The position numbers and the translations under genes were made by a program. A model generated the notes under the pieces. The model searched no databases and was not told the origin of the DNA. It saw only the letters and a program-made list of their open reading frames with translations. A stretch of 63,683 nucleotides of DNA, filler included, from Cercozoa sp. M6MM (taxonomy: Eukaryota > Protista > Endomyxa: Ascetosporea), in assembly GCA_040357565.1 (NCBI GenBank). It is 4 parts of 4 records of this genome, joined end to end, with 100 filler letters (N's around TTAATTAATTAA, not from the genome) between each part and the next. Parts side by side here need not be neighbours in the genome. Positions count along the whole stretch, not along the records: positions 49,754 to 58,355 come from JBDODJ010000523.1; positions 58,456 to 63,683 come from JBDODJ010000941.1; 2 more parts are not named here. One strand, written 5' to 3'. Positions 49,809 through 63,636 of this stretch are shown here, in pieces. Positions within the stretch are counted from its first letter, which is position 1; each line of letters opens with the position of its first letter.

Positions 49809-50445
49809 TCAACGTAAAAACAGGCCCAGCGACTCGCTACGGTACCGACCGAGTTGCGCCAAAACCGTGCGGCAATGCGACTTCATCGAAGCGCTGTGCG
49901 CCTGTGTCTGCACCTTGTTCTCGCAGTCTACACTAGATCGGTGGTACGAAGGGGTGGTGTGTGTGTGTGGGTAAAATGCGGAAGGTGTACCGGTCAAATG
50001 TTGCTGCAGCTGCTCCAACTGCGAAGTTGCACGTTGAGCCAACCGGTCAATGTCAGCACCCTGCATTGCACACACACAACTGTATACGGGAACATACGGA
50101 CAAGCGGAGCACATAGCAATACGGGATCAGCAAAGGACGACGCCGTCCGCATGAGTCGTTGGAGTTCGTCGCACAAAACACGCAACGCGTGGGCCTGCCG
50201 CTGCGTGTGGCTCACCTGTTGCTCGAACCAGGCATCCCACTGCCCGCTCTGCCTGCTGCTGCCGATTTGTCCCGGCTGCTGCTGTTTTGGCTGTGTCATA
50301 CACATCTTTAGGTGTACATGTGCACTTGCGCACAGGAAGGGCATGATACGGTGCTTTGGCCGGAGGAAAAACGCGCTTCACGCGCGGCCGCTTCGACAAG
50401 CGCTAGGAACTCGCTGGTCCGGTCGACCGTCACGTTCTTTGCCAT
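49809..50445 (-). CDS. STX5: Syntaxin-5 (Sed5)-like Qa-SNARE, N-terminal part; truncated by contig end
   Basis: N-peptide VDRTSEF; Habc-like LQRLMRTASSFADP/GADIDRL...HCRTVLAQL. Confidence 0.7.
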
Positions 50446-50627
50446 TTGGATGACGTCAAGCTGCCAGGTTTGGGTGTGTGCTAACTATGTTTTGGAGCAC
50501 TTTTGACAGCCGTGACGGAAGAGAACGACATCCACTGGCTGTTCACGTCGTTTTTTGTCCCCCACGGCGATTAAAAACGCAGACAAAACGAAGCGTGGGA
50601 GTTTGTTTAAGTGGGCGTTCCGTCGGA

Positions 50628-52943
50628 ATGGGTGGCCCCAGCGTTCGAACGCTGGCACACCGCACGTCTGCCGCTGAGGGTGCAGGTGAAGTACATCGTG
50701 TGATCGTCGTGTGCAGTACAGAGCACTAAAAGCACGCCGAGCGGCAAACATCGAGGTCGTCTCACACTCTCGTCGGGGCCAGACTGCAGTGCTACGCCTC
50801 ACTTGCACGCACAGGCGCACACACACGTGTTGTACACGCTCACGCACACACTCACTTAGTCGCTGGCACTTTCGTGCGTTTTTTCGTCGTGTGGGTTTGG
50901 GAACACAGCGCCGAGCTTGCCGCCGCTTGTACATAGCATTTTCTTATATTGTCGCCGCCTGCAGTGCCACTTGATCTCACTTCACGCTTAGACACTGACA
51001 GAAACAGATACGACAGGACCTCGAGCAACAGCAGCAACAGCAAAAGGCTCCGGAAGTGTGTGACATGGGCGTCTGCGGCTCACGACTCAGACGCGATGCT
51101 ACTGTAGTCATGCTTTGCTCCTTGAGATGTCTTGTGTCTGCGTTTTTTTTTAATTGGCCTTTTGTGTCTTCAGACAACAAGGGCAGCGACACGGCACTCT
51201 ACGCGTCGCGAATCCGCCGCGTTGGTAACCTGGCGTATCTTCTCAGGCTGGGACATTGCAGTTGTCTGTCTTTCTAATCAGGACGAGACACGCGGCTTTG
51301 CCAGCGATTCCTCTGTCTGCGAGCCGGTAATATATCTGTTCTTGTGTACGGGAGAAGTGTGAACTCGAGAGCATGCACAGCCGGAGCTCACGGAGAAGTT
51401 CCTCAAGCAAAACTTTGGTCGCAGCTCGCGTCGCCGTGTGTCGCAGCGCTGCTCCGACCAAGACGCACTCGCAGTATCTTGCCCCGCCTGGTGTTGGCTG
51501 TGTTTGTGTATATCTGCGAGTTTGCAGAACGACCTGGCGCCCAGCAGTGTGCGAGTCGGCACACTGTCACAGCTCGAGGGTCTCCATCGCTCCGCCACCG
51601 AGGTATTGTCTGAGCACGCCGCGTTTGTCCCTGTGTAAGTGAAGTGTGTGTGTGTGTGTCAGGCTCGTGTGCGGGGTGCACTGCCTTGCGACGTGCAGAG
51701 CGAGGTTGGTGCCGACGAGGTGGCTCAGACCATACATGTGTTTGAGCGCGAGTCCCTGCCGATTGAGCGGCATGTCGATGCGGTCAGGTGAGGCTCCTAC
51801 TCAATGTGCTAACACCCAACGTTGCGTCACTTCTACCGCACAGGGTACGACGCAAGATGTTGAGGATAGACTCTCATTCGGCACACTCGGCACAGGTAAA
51901 CTCGTTCACCTGCGTGTGACCACGTTTGCATACTCCCTAATTACAGACGAGCCCGTCGCATGTGTCTCGTGACGGTGCGTTGAACGACTGTGTTTTGCTT
52001 GTGCGCCTGTACATTTGGACGTGTCTGTGGGGTGAGTGCAGGCCTGGAGAGACCGCACCTACCGCATGAGCGAGGAAAGACGCCCGTGAAATCGTCGCGT
52101 CGTGGCTCGCGGCGTGCTGTCACGTTGGCCAGCAACCACGTGCACCACCGGGGCAAGGTACGCCCTTGCACACACCCTTGCCGATACGCTTCCCTTGATC
52201 ATATGTGCATGCACGTAGGATGCCGAGTTCTGGCTGCCACCAAAGCTGCGACACATTCCCGACCTCAGACGTGAGGCGTGTCCCGACGCCTGCAACCGCT
52301 CCCATCCAGTACCTTGTTTGCCCTGGTTTACCCATTGTATTTAAACTGACTACGCTGGCTCAGTTCCGCGAGAGACGACTCGATCCGCGACTCGTGCGTC
52401 GGCGTTCCTCCACAGGTAGACATACGCACACCTCAAAGGGCTCATGTGACTGTCTGTGTATGAATTGTGTGCAACTAGACCTGTTGTGGCTTGTGGAACA
52501 ACGCGAGTTTAACGACATCGGTGGCACCGACGGCGCCTTCCTCCTCGTACGCCCGGCTTTCTTTGTCTTTTCACCCACCACATATCCGACTCTTTCGTGC
52601 AGAGCTTGCGCACGAGGCCAGGCCCGGTGCAAGCGCTGCGTTGGCAGCCACTCGCCGCTCATGTCCCGTACACCTCACATTCTCTGGCGCGTGTGTGTGT
52701 GTGTGTGTGTGCATGTTTGTGTGCTGTTGCTTGCAGGCTCACGCAGAGCCTCGTGTTACGCTAGCGAAACACAATGACTTGACACGTTACCATGCACCCA
52801 CACCCCAGCCGACAAAACGCATCAATTGTACACACGCTGCAAACACGCATCATCATTGTGGTAGCTTTCGCCAAAAGCTCGTCCGCAAGCACAAACTCTC
52901 TCAATGGAACCACCGGCTTATGCAACCCGGGACGAACGCCTAG
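50628..52943 (+). CDS. Hypothetical multi-exon protein
   Basis: Regular alternation of GC-rich open segments and short GT-AG introns; no recognised domain. Confidence 0.4.
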
Positions 52944-53228
52944 GTCTAACAACGCTGTTGCCCCGAATCTCCCTTCCCTCTTTCGTTTCTTCATGTACTA
53001 TGTAATTACTAATTAAACCGCGGCACGCTCAGCTAGTGCCTGCTGGCGCCCCGCGCTGACGTCGGCGTGATTACAGCACATCATTTGACTGATTTAAGAC
53101 GACGGTGGGAGTCAGTTCAGTTCCAACCAAAAACGCAATCAAGCTTCTGTCACCCATTCCAACGGAATAAAAAACTGTATCTTTCCACAAGTATTTTGAG
53201 ATTTTCGTTTCAGTTCGCTCTCACAACG

Positions 53229-53746
53229 TTAGTCTTCTTGTTCCGGATTTTGCAGCACAATCATCGTGAATTCCTTCTCTATGAACAGTTGAACGCTACA
53301 AATCAGCCGAATAACATCGAAGGGGAATACCAGGAGCGATCATGATCTCGTGCTTTGTCGTGCGCAGTCGCATAAACGTGAGCTCGTTGTCAGGATCAAG
53401 ATCTCGCACCATGGAGCGGGCTTTGCGTGCCAACTATTTTACAAACGCCCAGTACAACCAAAAAGTTTTTTGCTTTAGATTCAAAGTAGGGGAAAATCGC
53501 ATCAAATTCGTGTACCTGCGCGACCTGTGCAGCGTAGGCCGTGGCGGTCTGCTCATCACAGCCGCGCGATGGCCGGATTGGCACACCGTCCTTGTTCACA
53601 ACAATGACGCACTCAACACCCTTCTGCGACTTGATTCGCTCCAATGTTTCCTCCACTTCGCTCTGCTCAAACAAAATAACAGCACTCGAAGCGCCCAAAG
53701 AAGCACAAAACAGGTCAGATGGCTTGCAAGAGAGAACGCCAACCAT
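53229..53746 (-). CDS. DYNLRB: Dynein light chain roadblock (LC7)
   Basis: [17 protein letters not shown]...[43 protein letters not shown]. Confidence 0.95.
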
Positions 53747-54052
53747 GATTACGATCGCCTTGAATGTGTATTTTAGAAGTGTTTTTGTGGCTTTCAGTGC
53801 TAACAAAAGCTGCACGCAGACAAACGACACAAATAGTTTTTTCGTGTTGCGAAGAATGCAACCCCCAAAAGTGGTTTGAAACGAAAAATCACTTCACGCC
53901 GAGAGCCCTGCTTTACTGCATTAGAGTGCACTTAATTGCATCCGTCTGGTTCGGGAACTCGATTGCGCGTTGGTACTGTGTACCCGATTGCACCAATTTT
54001 GTCGTTGGCTCTGCGTTTTCCAGCGAAAGAAATAACACAAAAGAAGGTAGCA

Positions 54053-56678
54053 ATGGCTTTCGCGCGCCGACCCGGCTCTCGTCTGTCAACCCTCGATCGG
54101 CGTGGCAGCTCGTTGTCGCTGCACCGCCGTGGCAGCACTTTGGTATCTTTGATCTCGCTGGTCCGCCTGCGCTTGCCGTGTTGTATTGGTTGGTTTCTTT
54201 GGTAGGGAGGCAAACGAACAGATGACCCACGACCAGTTCGCGACAAACGATATCAAAAGCGCATGCAAGAACGTCTGTACAACTTTCTCGACGTAGGTTT
54301 CATTTATTTTCTTGGTATGGCGCATGACTGTCTCACAATGCAGAGCCACAGCTACCCATTCCACGTCACGGAGCAAATGCTTCAGTCACCGTCATCAAAA
54401 CAGTTTCTGCAAGTCACGCAGTTCCTGTTCCAACAAGTTGACCCGGTACATTTTTGTGTTCCCACTTTCTCTGTGTGTTCTTTTATCGGATCTGTCTTTT
54501 GTGACAGGGAATTCGATTGGGGGGTGATCGCTGGCAAGACGACGTCGTACGCTATCTGCAGCGCTTTGGCTATCCTGGTACTTTTTTATGTGCATGTGAG
54601 CGTACCGTTGCTAGGATAAGCACGAACCACATATGTGAGTATTCCTGTATTCAAACAGGTCGTTTGTCCCCCTCGTCACTACGAAGTGTCGGTTCCTCGC
54701 ATGCCTGGCCACCCGTGCTTGCTGCGCTCTGCTGGTGTTACTGTACTCGGTGCAATGCAAGTAGAGCTTACCTATTTCTTATGTGCGTAGGCTTGTGGAA
54801 CTAGTTGAATACCAGGAGCGAGTAGAACAACTTGGTACACGACGTGCTCCCTCCCTCTGTGTGTATAATGTCATGCTTTGTTAATTCATGCAGAAGCAGA
54901 CGGTGCCGACGTTGATTTGGACCTTGATTCAGAAGCTGCAGCTGCTGCACAAGTACTTCTCTTTAAAACACAGATTGACGGCCGCTCATTGTATTTCTGT
55001 CCTTCGCAGGAAGGCTCACAAACTTCAGCTGCACTGGCGCGACAAGCCGCCCAAAATGCAGGCTCGGTACCCTTATGACCTTTGTGTACCTGTTGGAAGT
55101 TGCACCTTTGCAGGCGGAAGATCGCGAGTTTTTTCGTTGTGTATCGGATGCATACGCCAACTACCTTGGTTTCTTCACTGTTCGCACACGTGAGTCCACG
55201 GATATGCTTGTGAGCGTGTTTGCTTGCTGAACAGGTGGCCGCGGGCAAAGCGACGATTTCCAAAGCGAAATGCGAAAGATTTTCGAGGAACAGCGCAGCG
55301 AGTCGACTTCCATGATCGAGCGTTACCGTACGCTGTGCCTACCTTTTCGCACTATCGTTCTGTCTAATGCTCTGTTCATACCCGTCATAGGCCAGGAGAA
55401 TGACAAACTGCGTGAAGAAGTTGTGCGACTTAAAGAAGCAGGGTCTCTCGTAGAAGAACGCCGAGAAGGTAGCTACACCTGTCATACATATGCATGAAGG
55501 CATGCGCGTATATGTGTGGGCACAGCGCTGCAGCAAAAACATCTCGAAGTTGAGAACATTGAAAATGAACTGACGTCGCTCGATAAACGTGCACAAGGTA
55601 GGACTGCGATCGTGGTTTCTATCTGTGTCTAAACAACTGTGTTTTTGAACTGTGTCTGTCTCCGTCACAGAGGTGGAGCAAGAGATGTCGCAGATGGCAC
55701 ACCAAGTGGAAGCACTGAGAAAGGAAACGGCGAGACACCGACGCGAGCACGAGCGTTTGCAGGCGCAGATGTGCCTATCACTCTCTCCTCTTCTATAAGA
55801 GAAATATATGTGTGTATGTTTGTGCGTTTCCGCAGTGACTCACAAAGCATCTCGCAAGAAGACGTGCAGCGCATCTTGGCGCGGCAAGGCGCACTCGAGG
55901 TGGAGCACACGTCACTGCGGGAACAAGCGACGCAACTGGACCAGCGCGATGCTGCCGCCGCTGCATGTACACGGTGACCGTGTGCGTGTGTCGTGTTTGC
56001 TCTTTATTGTGCGTGTATCTGTACTGTAGCCAACAGCGAATTGCGACAGGAACTGCAGCATCTTGCTTCTGCCTGGTAAACTCAATTCCCTCATAACACA
56101 GAACGCGTATGTGTGCACGTGTGTGTCGAAGGAACGATCGGGCAAGGCGACTTGAAATTGTTCCGGAGTCTGCCGTACCTTCTCGAATCAAACAAATTAA
56201 TAGTTTGCAACTCTATTTTCGCATGTGCAATGCACAGAGATATGCGTTCAACGTCGATCTAAGCGTGCATTTCCAATGGCACACACTTGATGCACATGTT
56301 GATCGCGACGATATGGAGGTACCATATTGCGCGCTGTAGTTAACTGGCACACTCTTGGCACTGTCGAATCGCAGGACACGACTGACTTGTCGCAAGTGAG
56401 GCGGCAAGTGATGCCTGTGCCGACGCCCTTTATCGCGCAGGCATTGGCCCAGCTGAGTGCGTACCTGCAGAACCAGGCGGTACCGTTTTGATATACTAGA
56501 TACAACGGCGCACGCCCGTATGTGTGGGCACAACGCAGGCCTCAAGGTCGGCGCCCCTGTCGCGCGCGCAGCAGGAAGTCGACGAAGCACTCGCGGCGCA
56601 GCGTCAGCTAACGTCGTCCACGGAACAGTTGCGCAAGCAACTCGAAAATCGTAAGCGACAGTGCGACGAGGCGAGGTA

Positions 56679-56727
<49 letters not shown>

Positions 56728-56737
56728 NNNNNNNNNN

Positions 56738-56786
<49 letters not shown>

Positions 56787-57360
56787 CTGTGTTTAAGCTA
56801 ATCTTGTGATGTGGTTGTGATAGACGGCACTATGACGACCGACTTCAAGTGCAGATCGACGAAATCGAAACAGTGGAAGAAGAGATGCAACAGCTGCAAA
56901 TGTCGCAAAGCGACGAGCGAAGCAAAACGCAGGCCGATCTCGAAATCCTGACAAGACGCGCTCGCGCTGTGCGCGAAGACCACGCACGTGACCTCCGTGG
57001 TACTCTTGTGAATAACATCGGCATCTGGCTTGTCTATTAGTGCTACACTGTAGCACTCAAGGAAAGCGTGGCAAACGCAATGTCGCTTGTTAGCGATCAT
57101 CGCGTGCGTGTATCCGGGGCACTCGACTCTTTGTGCAAGCTCCACAAGAATTCTCTGGTGTCGCAGTATTGAACGGAACTCGAATTCTCTCGTGTCGCAG
57201 TAGTGAACTCGAACTCCCCATCTGCAACTGACGTTTGCTTCGCTTGTCTGTCCGTAACTTTGGAAAGGAGCTTGTGCGTCACACACAGGCACATACTGAC
57301 GAAACCGGGCGATTAACGGATTGCGCCACGAACTCACCAAAAAGAACTGAGAAGTATTGA
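54053..57360 (+). CDS. NDC80: Kinetochore protein NDC80/HEC1; 3' end approximate
   Basis: DPRPVRDKRYQ; SPSSKQF...FLFQQVDP; FGYP; SSLRSVGSSHAWPPVLAALCWLVEL; long coiled coil. Confidence 0.9.
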
Positions 57361-57565
57361 TCCGGCCACTTTAACCGTGCGCATTGGCAAGCTGCACTGA
57401 GCGAAAATTAAAGCGCGAGCGTCTCTTGTAGTGTCTTGGTGTGTGGGACGCATTACTGCGTCATATGTACCACTGCTACGTGAATTTACGCAAGCTACTC
57501 GAAATCGAATATTTGTGCGAGCGTGGCCAGCGTTGACACGGCAAGTTTGCTGTTGAACTGTTAAC

Positions 57566-58295
57566 ATGGAGGAGGACCGCCGCGTGCTGTCAGTCCAATC
57601 GCACGTGGTGCACGGTTGCGTGGGTAACCGCGCGGCACTGCTGCCCCTGCAGCTGCACGGCTTTGAGGTCGACGTGGTCAACACGGTGCAGCTGAGCAAC
57701 CACACTGGCTATGAGATCGCCACAGGCACTCGGTAGCTCATCTGACTGTGTTGCTCGTGCGCAAGCATTCACTAGAGAATGCACAGATTCGAAGGCGAGC
57801 AGCTGCGTGAGCTGATGCGCGGATTGCGCGAGAACCGTCTGCTGCGGCATTGTTCGCACGTGCTCACGTACGTTGCGTATCCGTGTGTCTTGTTTCTTCC
57901 TAATGGCGGACCAATGTTGATGTAGTGGCTACGTTGGCTCAGCCTCGTTGCTGCAGGCAGTGGCCGACGTCGTGGCCGAACTTCGAGCAGCGCGTCCGTC
58001 ACTCCGCTTCGTGTGCGACCCTGTCATGGTAATGCTGCGTGCAGTCATGTGAACGTGCGGTCTTGAATAGTGCTTTGATGTATGTATGTGTGTATGTGCG
58101 TTTCTATGTTTTGGACAGGGTGATGATGGTGAGCTGTACGTGCCGCCGGAACTGGTGGACATCTACCGAGAGCGACTGGTGCCGCTGGCGACTGTGCTAA
58201 CCCCGAACCAGACCGAGGCCGAGCTGCTGGTCGGTCAGAGCATCAACTCCGTTGACGATGCATTCCGCGCACTGCGGCACCTGCGCTCGCTCGGT
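57566..58295 (+). CDS. PDXK: Pyridoxal kinase, truncated by contig end
   Basis: [19 protein letters not shown]; [11 protein letters not shown]; LTGYVGS; [15 protein letters not shown]; [11 protein letters not shown]. Confidence 0.95.
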
Positions 58296-58313
58296 GTGTT
58301 CCTCGTATCTTTG

Positions 58314-58355
<42 letters not shown>

Positions 58356-58455
58356 NNNNNNNNNNNNNNNNNNNNNNNNNNNNNNNNNNNNNNNNNNNNT
58401 TAATTAATTAANNNNNNNNNNNNNNNNNNNNNNNNNNNNNNNNNNNNNNNNNNNN
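58356..58455. other. Artificial contig linker
   Basis: N44-TTAATTAATTAA-N44. Confidence 0.97.
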
Positions 58456-61157
58456 AGCACAGCAGAAGAGTGGCTACAATCTGGTCGGGCGCGACGTCCA
58501 GCACGTGCTGAATGAGGTAGTTGCCGTACTGATTCTCCACCAGGTCTACACACACATACAGACACATACGCATACAGACACAGACACAGACACACACACA
58601 CACACACACACACAGACACAGACACACACAGACACAGACACACAGACACAGACACACAGTGCAGAAGTCAAGATGACAAGCCTACGACATGTGTGCAGCA
58701 CGATGGCATCCAGCACTTCCTGCATCTCGGGCGTCAGTTGCGACACGGCGATTCTCCTGCAGTCACCGAGGAAAGTTGCCTCAGGTAAAGAGACACAGAC
58801 AGCTCAGGCTGCGTACTTGTGCGAACGGCCGTGAATGCCGGGATCGCGCACCCAGGCCGACACGAGCGACTTGGCCACTCGCAGTCCGTAGTGGTCGGTA
58901 CCTACACAGAACGAGACTCCAGAAACGCCCACCGAGGACCATAACGAGTCGTACCGTAGGCCAGGCAGTGCTGCGCGAACGAGTGCTGCACGAACGCCGC
59001 ACGTCGCGGAAAATGCGACAGGAAGCGCAGCACCACATAGTGTCCTGCACACAGTCACCACACCCATTCGAGCATGCTGTGTATCTTTGTGTCGCACCCT
59101 CACCACACACAAGACACTTGCCACCACAAGACACTTGCCACCACAAGACACATGCCCAACGATGGTACCACTGGCATGCGCCACCAGCACCAGCAGCTGC
59201 GAGCGAATCGCATGCGACACCTGCTCGATCTCCTGCTCAGTCTCGAGCAGCGACATGGCTGCCTGCAGCGAGAAACTGCCCTGCTTGTGACAGGCCACGG
59301 TCGAGAACTGCTCGGCCTTGTCTGCTCTCACAACAGCACTTCATCTCGCTGCGTTGCAACCTCGACTCGAGATGAGAACAACACACCCTTGCACAGCTCC
59401 TGCAGCAGCACGAAACGCTCCTTCGCGCTGCACGACTTCAGCAGCGCCTCGATCGCGTAGTGACCGAAACTGTCCATCATGAGAGCGGCCACCTCACCCT
59501 GCAAAACGCGCACACACAGTACACACACGACTAACTCATACACAAACCGTTATACCCGCATCTCCTGGAAAAACATGCGACGCATCTTGGCATCCTCCAG
59601 GTGCTCCTGTGAACACGAGCACACTCCTGGATCAATCCAAACAGCAAAGGCCCAAAAGACACACCTGAATGAAACGTGAGCCCGTTTGTGATCGCGCCAG
59701 TGTAGCCACGCGTCCAACGACGTGCGCCTACCGAGAAAAATACAAGAAAACCCACTTAATATCGCGATAAGACCACTTTATCGAACAAGCTTGTTCGTGC
59801 AAAAAAAAAAAAAATAAAAAAGTCGTCGCACCAGGATATCGTCGCTGTCGTCGCTTTCCTTGTCCGACGCACTCTTCTTCTTGCTGTTCTTGCGTGTAGA
59901 ACTGCTGCTGCTGCTGCTGGAACCGGTGGCAGCACTGGCAGCTTTGTTGGCAGCAGTGACGGCACCGATCGCAGTTTTGTTGCTGTCGGTCGTCGGCTCC
60001 TGCGAGACGCTCTTGTTACCAGTAGTAGCACTGACACCCGTGTCAATGCTCAGACGCGTGTTGTCACTACAAGAGACACCACACACACAGGTCAGACAGC
60101 ACAGGCACACATCCCAGAGTCTACCATACCGGAAGGAAGCCACACGAGTTGCCTTCTTTTTCTGCGGTGGCTACAAACGAGCAGAATACAAAAACAATAA
60201 ACACACAGAGTGTAAACGGCAAGCCTCGTACAACAGTGGTCGGCGAGATTGTAGGTGACGGCGTCAGACCAGGCAGCGACATCAGCAAACGTCGGTCCGG
60301 AACGAACGGACTTTGCGCCTTGTCTGACCGCACGGAACAGACATAGTTATTGAGGTAATTTACCAAGATGAATCATAGTCAGTCAAAAACAAAAGAGGGT
60401 ACTGTTGTTGCCGGTGTTGCCGGCAGTGGTGTTGATACTGATCGGCTGGCGCATGGCAGTGCTGCCTACGCGACGACGCTGCTGTTGCTTGCGCATGACT
60501 TGTGGTCCACTCAGCATTGAGCGGCCTCTCTGCAGACACAAGGGTCAGACAGGGGTTCAATAGATACAGGAGGGCAGGGGAGCAACCTCATCGCTGCCGG
60601 TGTGGTAGTGCTGCTGCTGCTGCTGCTGCGTGTGCTGGAACGGCGACTGCAGCGGCGCCGTCAGTGGACTCGGCAGCAGCTGCTGCGCCATGGCCATCTG
60701 CGACTTCTCCGGCATCGATGGGATCGGCGACATCAGCTGCACAGGGGGTAGGACTTGCTTACAAGGTCACTTGCTTATGAGGCAACACACAGCCACACAC
60801 ACACAGACACACAGACACACAGACACACACATCAGCTGCACAGGGAAAACTACGCCGCGCTTGTGCGACATGACGAGAGGCGACATGCCACCCGGCACCA
60901 GAGGCACCGGCGACAGCGGCACCGGCAGCGGCATCGATCCGCCTGCCGCCAGAGCCATCGACATCGGCGACAGCAGCGGCGACGCCTGTTGCACTCGGGT
61001 TTGAACAGTAGGCACACAGCACACAGCACACAGACACACAGACACACAGACACACAGACACAAGGGAAGTCTACAAGCGAGGACAGCAACGGCGACGCAA
61101 TGCTTCGCTTGGCCAGAGTGCTACACCAGTGTTGGCAAATACAGAAACTGTTACTGT

Positions 61158-61212
<55 letters not shown>

Positions 61213-61600
61213 AGATACCTCAGCTCAAAGCGCAGGAAAGTGAGCGCGAAAGCACTCACGCCCATCGGCAATTCGATGCGCTGAACGCCCAGCGTCAGTG
61301 TGCCGTCTCGCTGTTAGATACATACCCACATGTATGTCACATCTACTTATCTATATATACATGTATAGAAGCATAAACTGTATATATATTATGCATACAG
61401 AGTCTTGAGAAACAGGTACCTCGCTGCCGAACTGCAACTGTGCCGACTGCACATCGCCCAGATTCGACAAGTCGTACCTGGGCAGACACATAAGAGTACA
61501 GCAGACACAACAACACTGAAGAGAACAAAGAGTACACGGCATCGACCTGGCACTGCATCGGCTTCTGCTGTGCCCCGGCTTCCTCCTGCTGATGTTGTCG
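58456..61600 (-). CDS. Pumilio/PUF-repeat RNA-binding protein with a long SP/Q-rich N-terminal region; 3' truncated, start uncertain
   Basis: Repeats LARSQTGSRFIQ, MMDSFGHYAIE, ACHKQGSFSLQ, VAHASGHYVVL, GTDHYGLRVAK, VENQYGNYLIQHVL. Confidence 0.85.
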
Positions 61601-61757
61601 CACATACACAGATCGACAACTATGCGTGAATGGTCGCACTACCTCGCGACTCTCGACGAAGCCAAAGTGAATTCGACCACGACGCGCACGGAAAATCGCT
61701 CGCTCCTTCAAAACAACAGATGCACAATCAATCAATAACCTTTATTTAAGGCTGCGT

Positions 61758-62294
61758 TCAGTCCAGGTATACCTGGAGGGACGAGCCAGACATGATAACG
61801 ACCACAAGTTCCTTGTGCGTGTGCGGGTGAACACTCAGCGCCATCGGCGGCCAGTCGCTGTTGTTCCCGATCAAAGCCAAGTAAGCGAAACGCCAAAAAA
61901 CAAAATGAGTTCGAGGGTACACTTTAAGAGCCGTGGCGTCCGACAGCAGTTGGCAGATTTCAAGCTCGATTTTGCCCAGACTGAGCACACACACACACAA
62001 CACAGTTGAGTGGTCAGTTTGTGTTTTTCCGATTCGAGCCATTCCAGTCGCTCTTTTACCGTCTGGACGACGGCATGGCAGTGGCCGAGGCTCTGTGCAA
62101 ACCGCGGAGGATAGTAAACACCCACAAAACGAAAAGACAACAGTACGGCAGCTGCGACACGTCGTGATGCTTGTCTCCAGCCACCACACGGAACTGCTTG
62201 TCTGCAAATACACACATACATACAGATATAATATATAAAGAGATATAGATAGTTAGATCGATAGATAGATAGATAGAGAGATAGATAGATAGAG

Positions 62295-62337
<43 letters not shown>

Positions 62338-63600
62338 GAGATAGATAGATAGATAGATAGATAAACAGATAGATAGATAGACAGATAGATAGATAGACAG
62401 ATAGACAGATAGATATATATATATATAGATTAATCAATATACATAGATAGATTTATATACATAGATAGATTTATATATACGTATATATATATATATATAC
62501 ATACATATATTAAATATCCAGAAAATGGTGCGTGTGTAGAAATGAGAAACCGCAGTCGGGCGTCAGCTGGACCGGCATGCGAGGCCACTCGACCAGGCAG
62601 GCCAGGTGACACGTGTGCTCACGCCGCGTGCGCGCATGCTTCAGCAGCAGCACGGGTCCGTCAAAGTAGCGACTGCCGCGCAGGCACAGTGGACAGCCCT
62701 GTAGACACTCAATGTGACATCACCTCCCATGGTACTGGTACTGCTAGTAGACTGGGGCACCTCAGTGTCCAGACACTCGAGGTCGAGCTGCGTGGGACGC
62801 TCGCGAACGGCCACGACGTGCAGCAGCGTCTCGGCCGGCGTGCCACGCACACGCGAGTCGAACAGCGCCGCTGTGGTATCCAGCGACGCTGCCAGGCGCT
62901 GCAGGTCCTCGGTTTTCTAAAAGCCAACGACGATACGCCTTGTGCAGTAGAGAGACTGGCTACAAATACCTGCAGTGACGGCAGCGACGGCGCACTTGTC
63001 GGAGGCGGGTTCTGTCCTCACGATTCAGAGAGTTCGCATATCACACATGCACACAGGAAGGGTACCTGGCCATGCAGCGTATCACGAACGAGTTGCGGCC
63101 ACATCTGGTCCAGTTGCTTCAGTGGCGTCGCATCGAACTGAAGGACCAACAGTTAACAGAGACAATACATATATACATAGATACATTATATATACTTAAT
63201 AAATATATCCATGTTATATGTATACACATATAGAGTGCAACTACCGGCTGCTGCAGCGACATCGAGGCCAGCGACATGAACTGCTGCACCTCTTGCGTGC
63301 GGCCTGGGCGCGGTGTCACCGTGGCCAAACTCTGTACACATTGTACATCCATCAGTACGCACACACAAGCATCGAATGTAACAGGAAAAAAGCTACGTTC
63401 AGATGCACCAGGGCCGAGCCCGGGAGCGAGCAGTTCGGCGCACCCAGCGACTCCAGCAGCGCCGCGTCCAGACGGAAGCAGTCGGCCACGCGCATGGCCA
63501 CCTCGTCCGCGTGAGGGACCACATCCGCATCGAGCCACAGCTCGAGTGCCAGCATGTTCAGCTGACGCGACAGCACGACGCTGCACACCGAGTTCTGTTG
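61758..63600 (-). CDS. 3' part of a hypothetical multi-exon protein
   Basis: Exon-like segments (LNMLALELWLDAD..., KTEDLQRLAASL...) separated by repeat-filled introns; TGA at 61758. Confidence 0.45.
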
Positions 63601-63636
63601 CACCAACCATACATAATTGTGCGTATGTATGCCAAT

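Noticed and set aside
15306-58295. Stop-codon reassignment or alternative genetic code
   Set aside because: In-frame stops in conserved genes disappear when GT-AG introns are removed, and TAA, TAG and TGA all terminate genes
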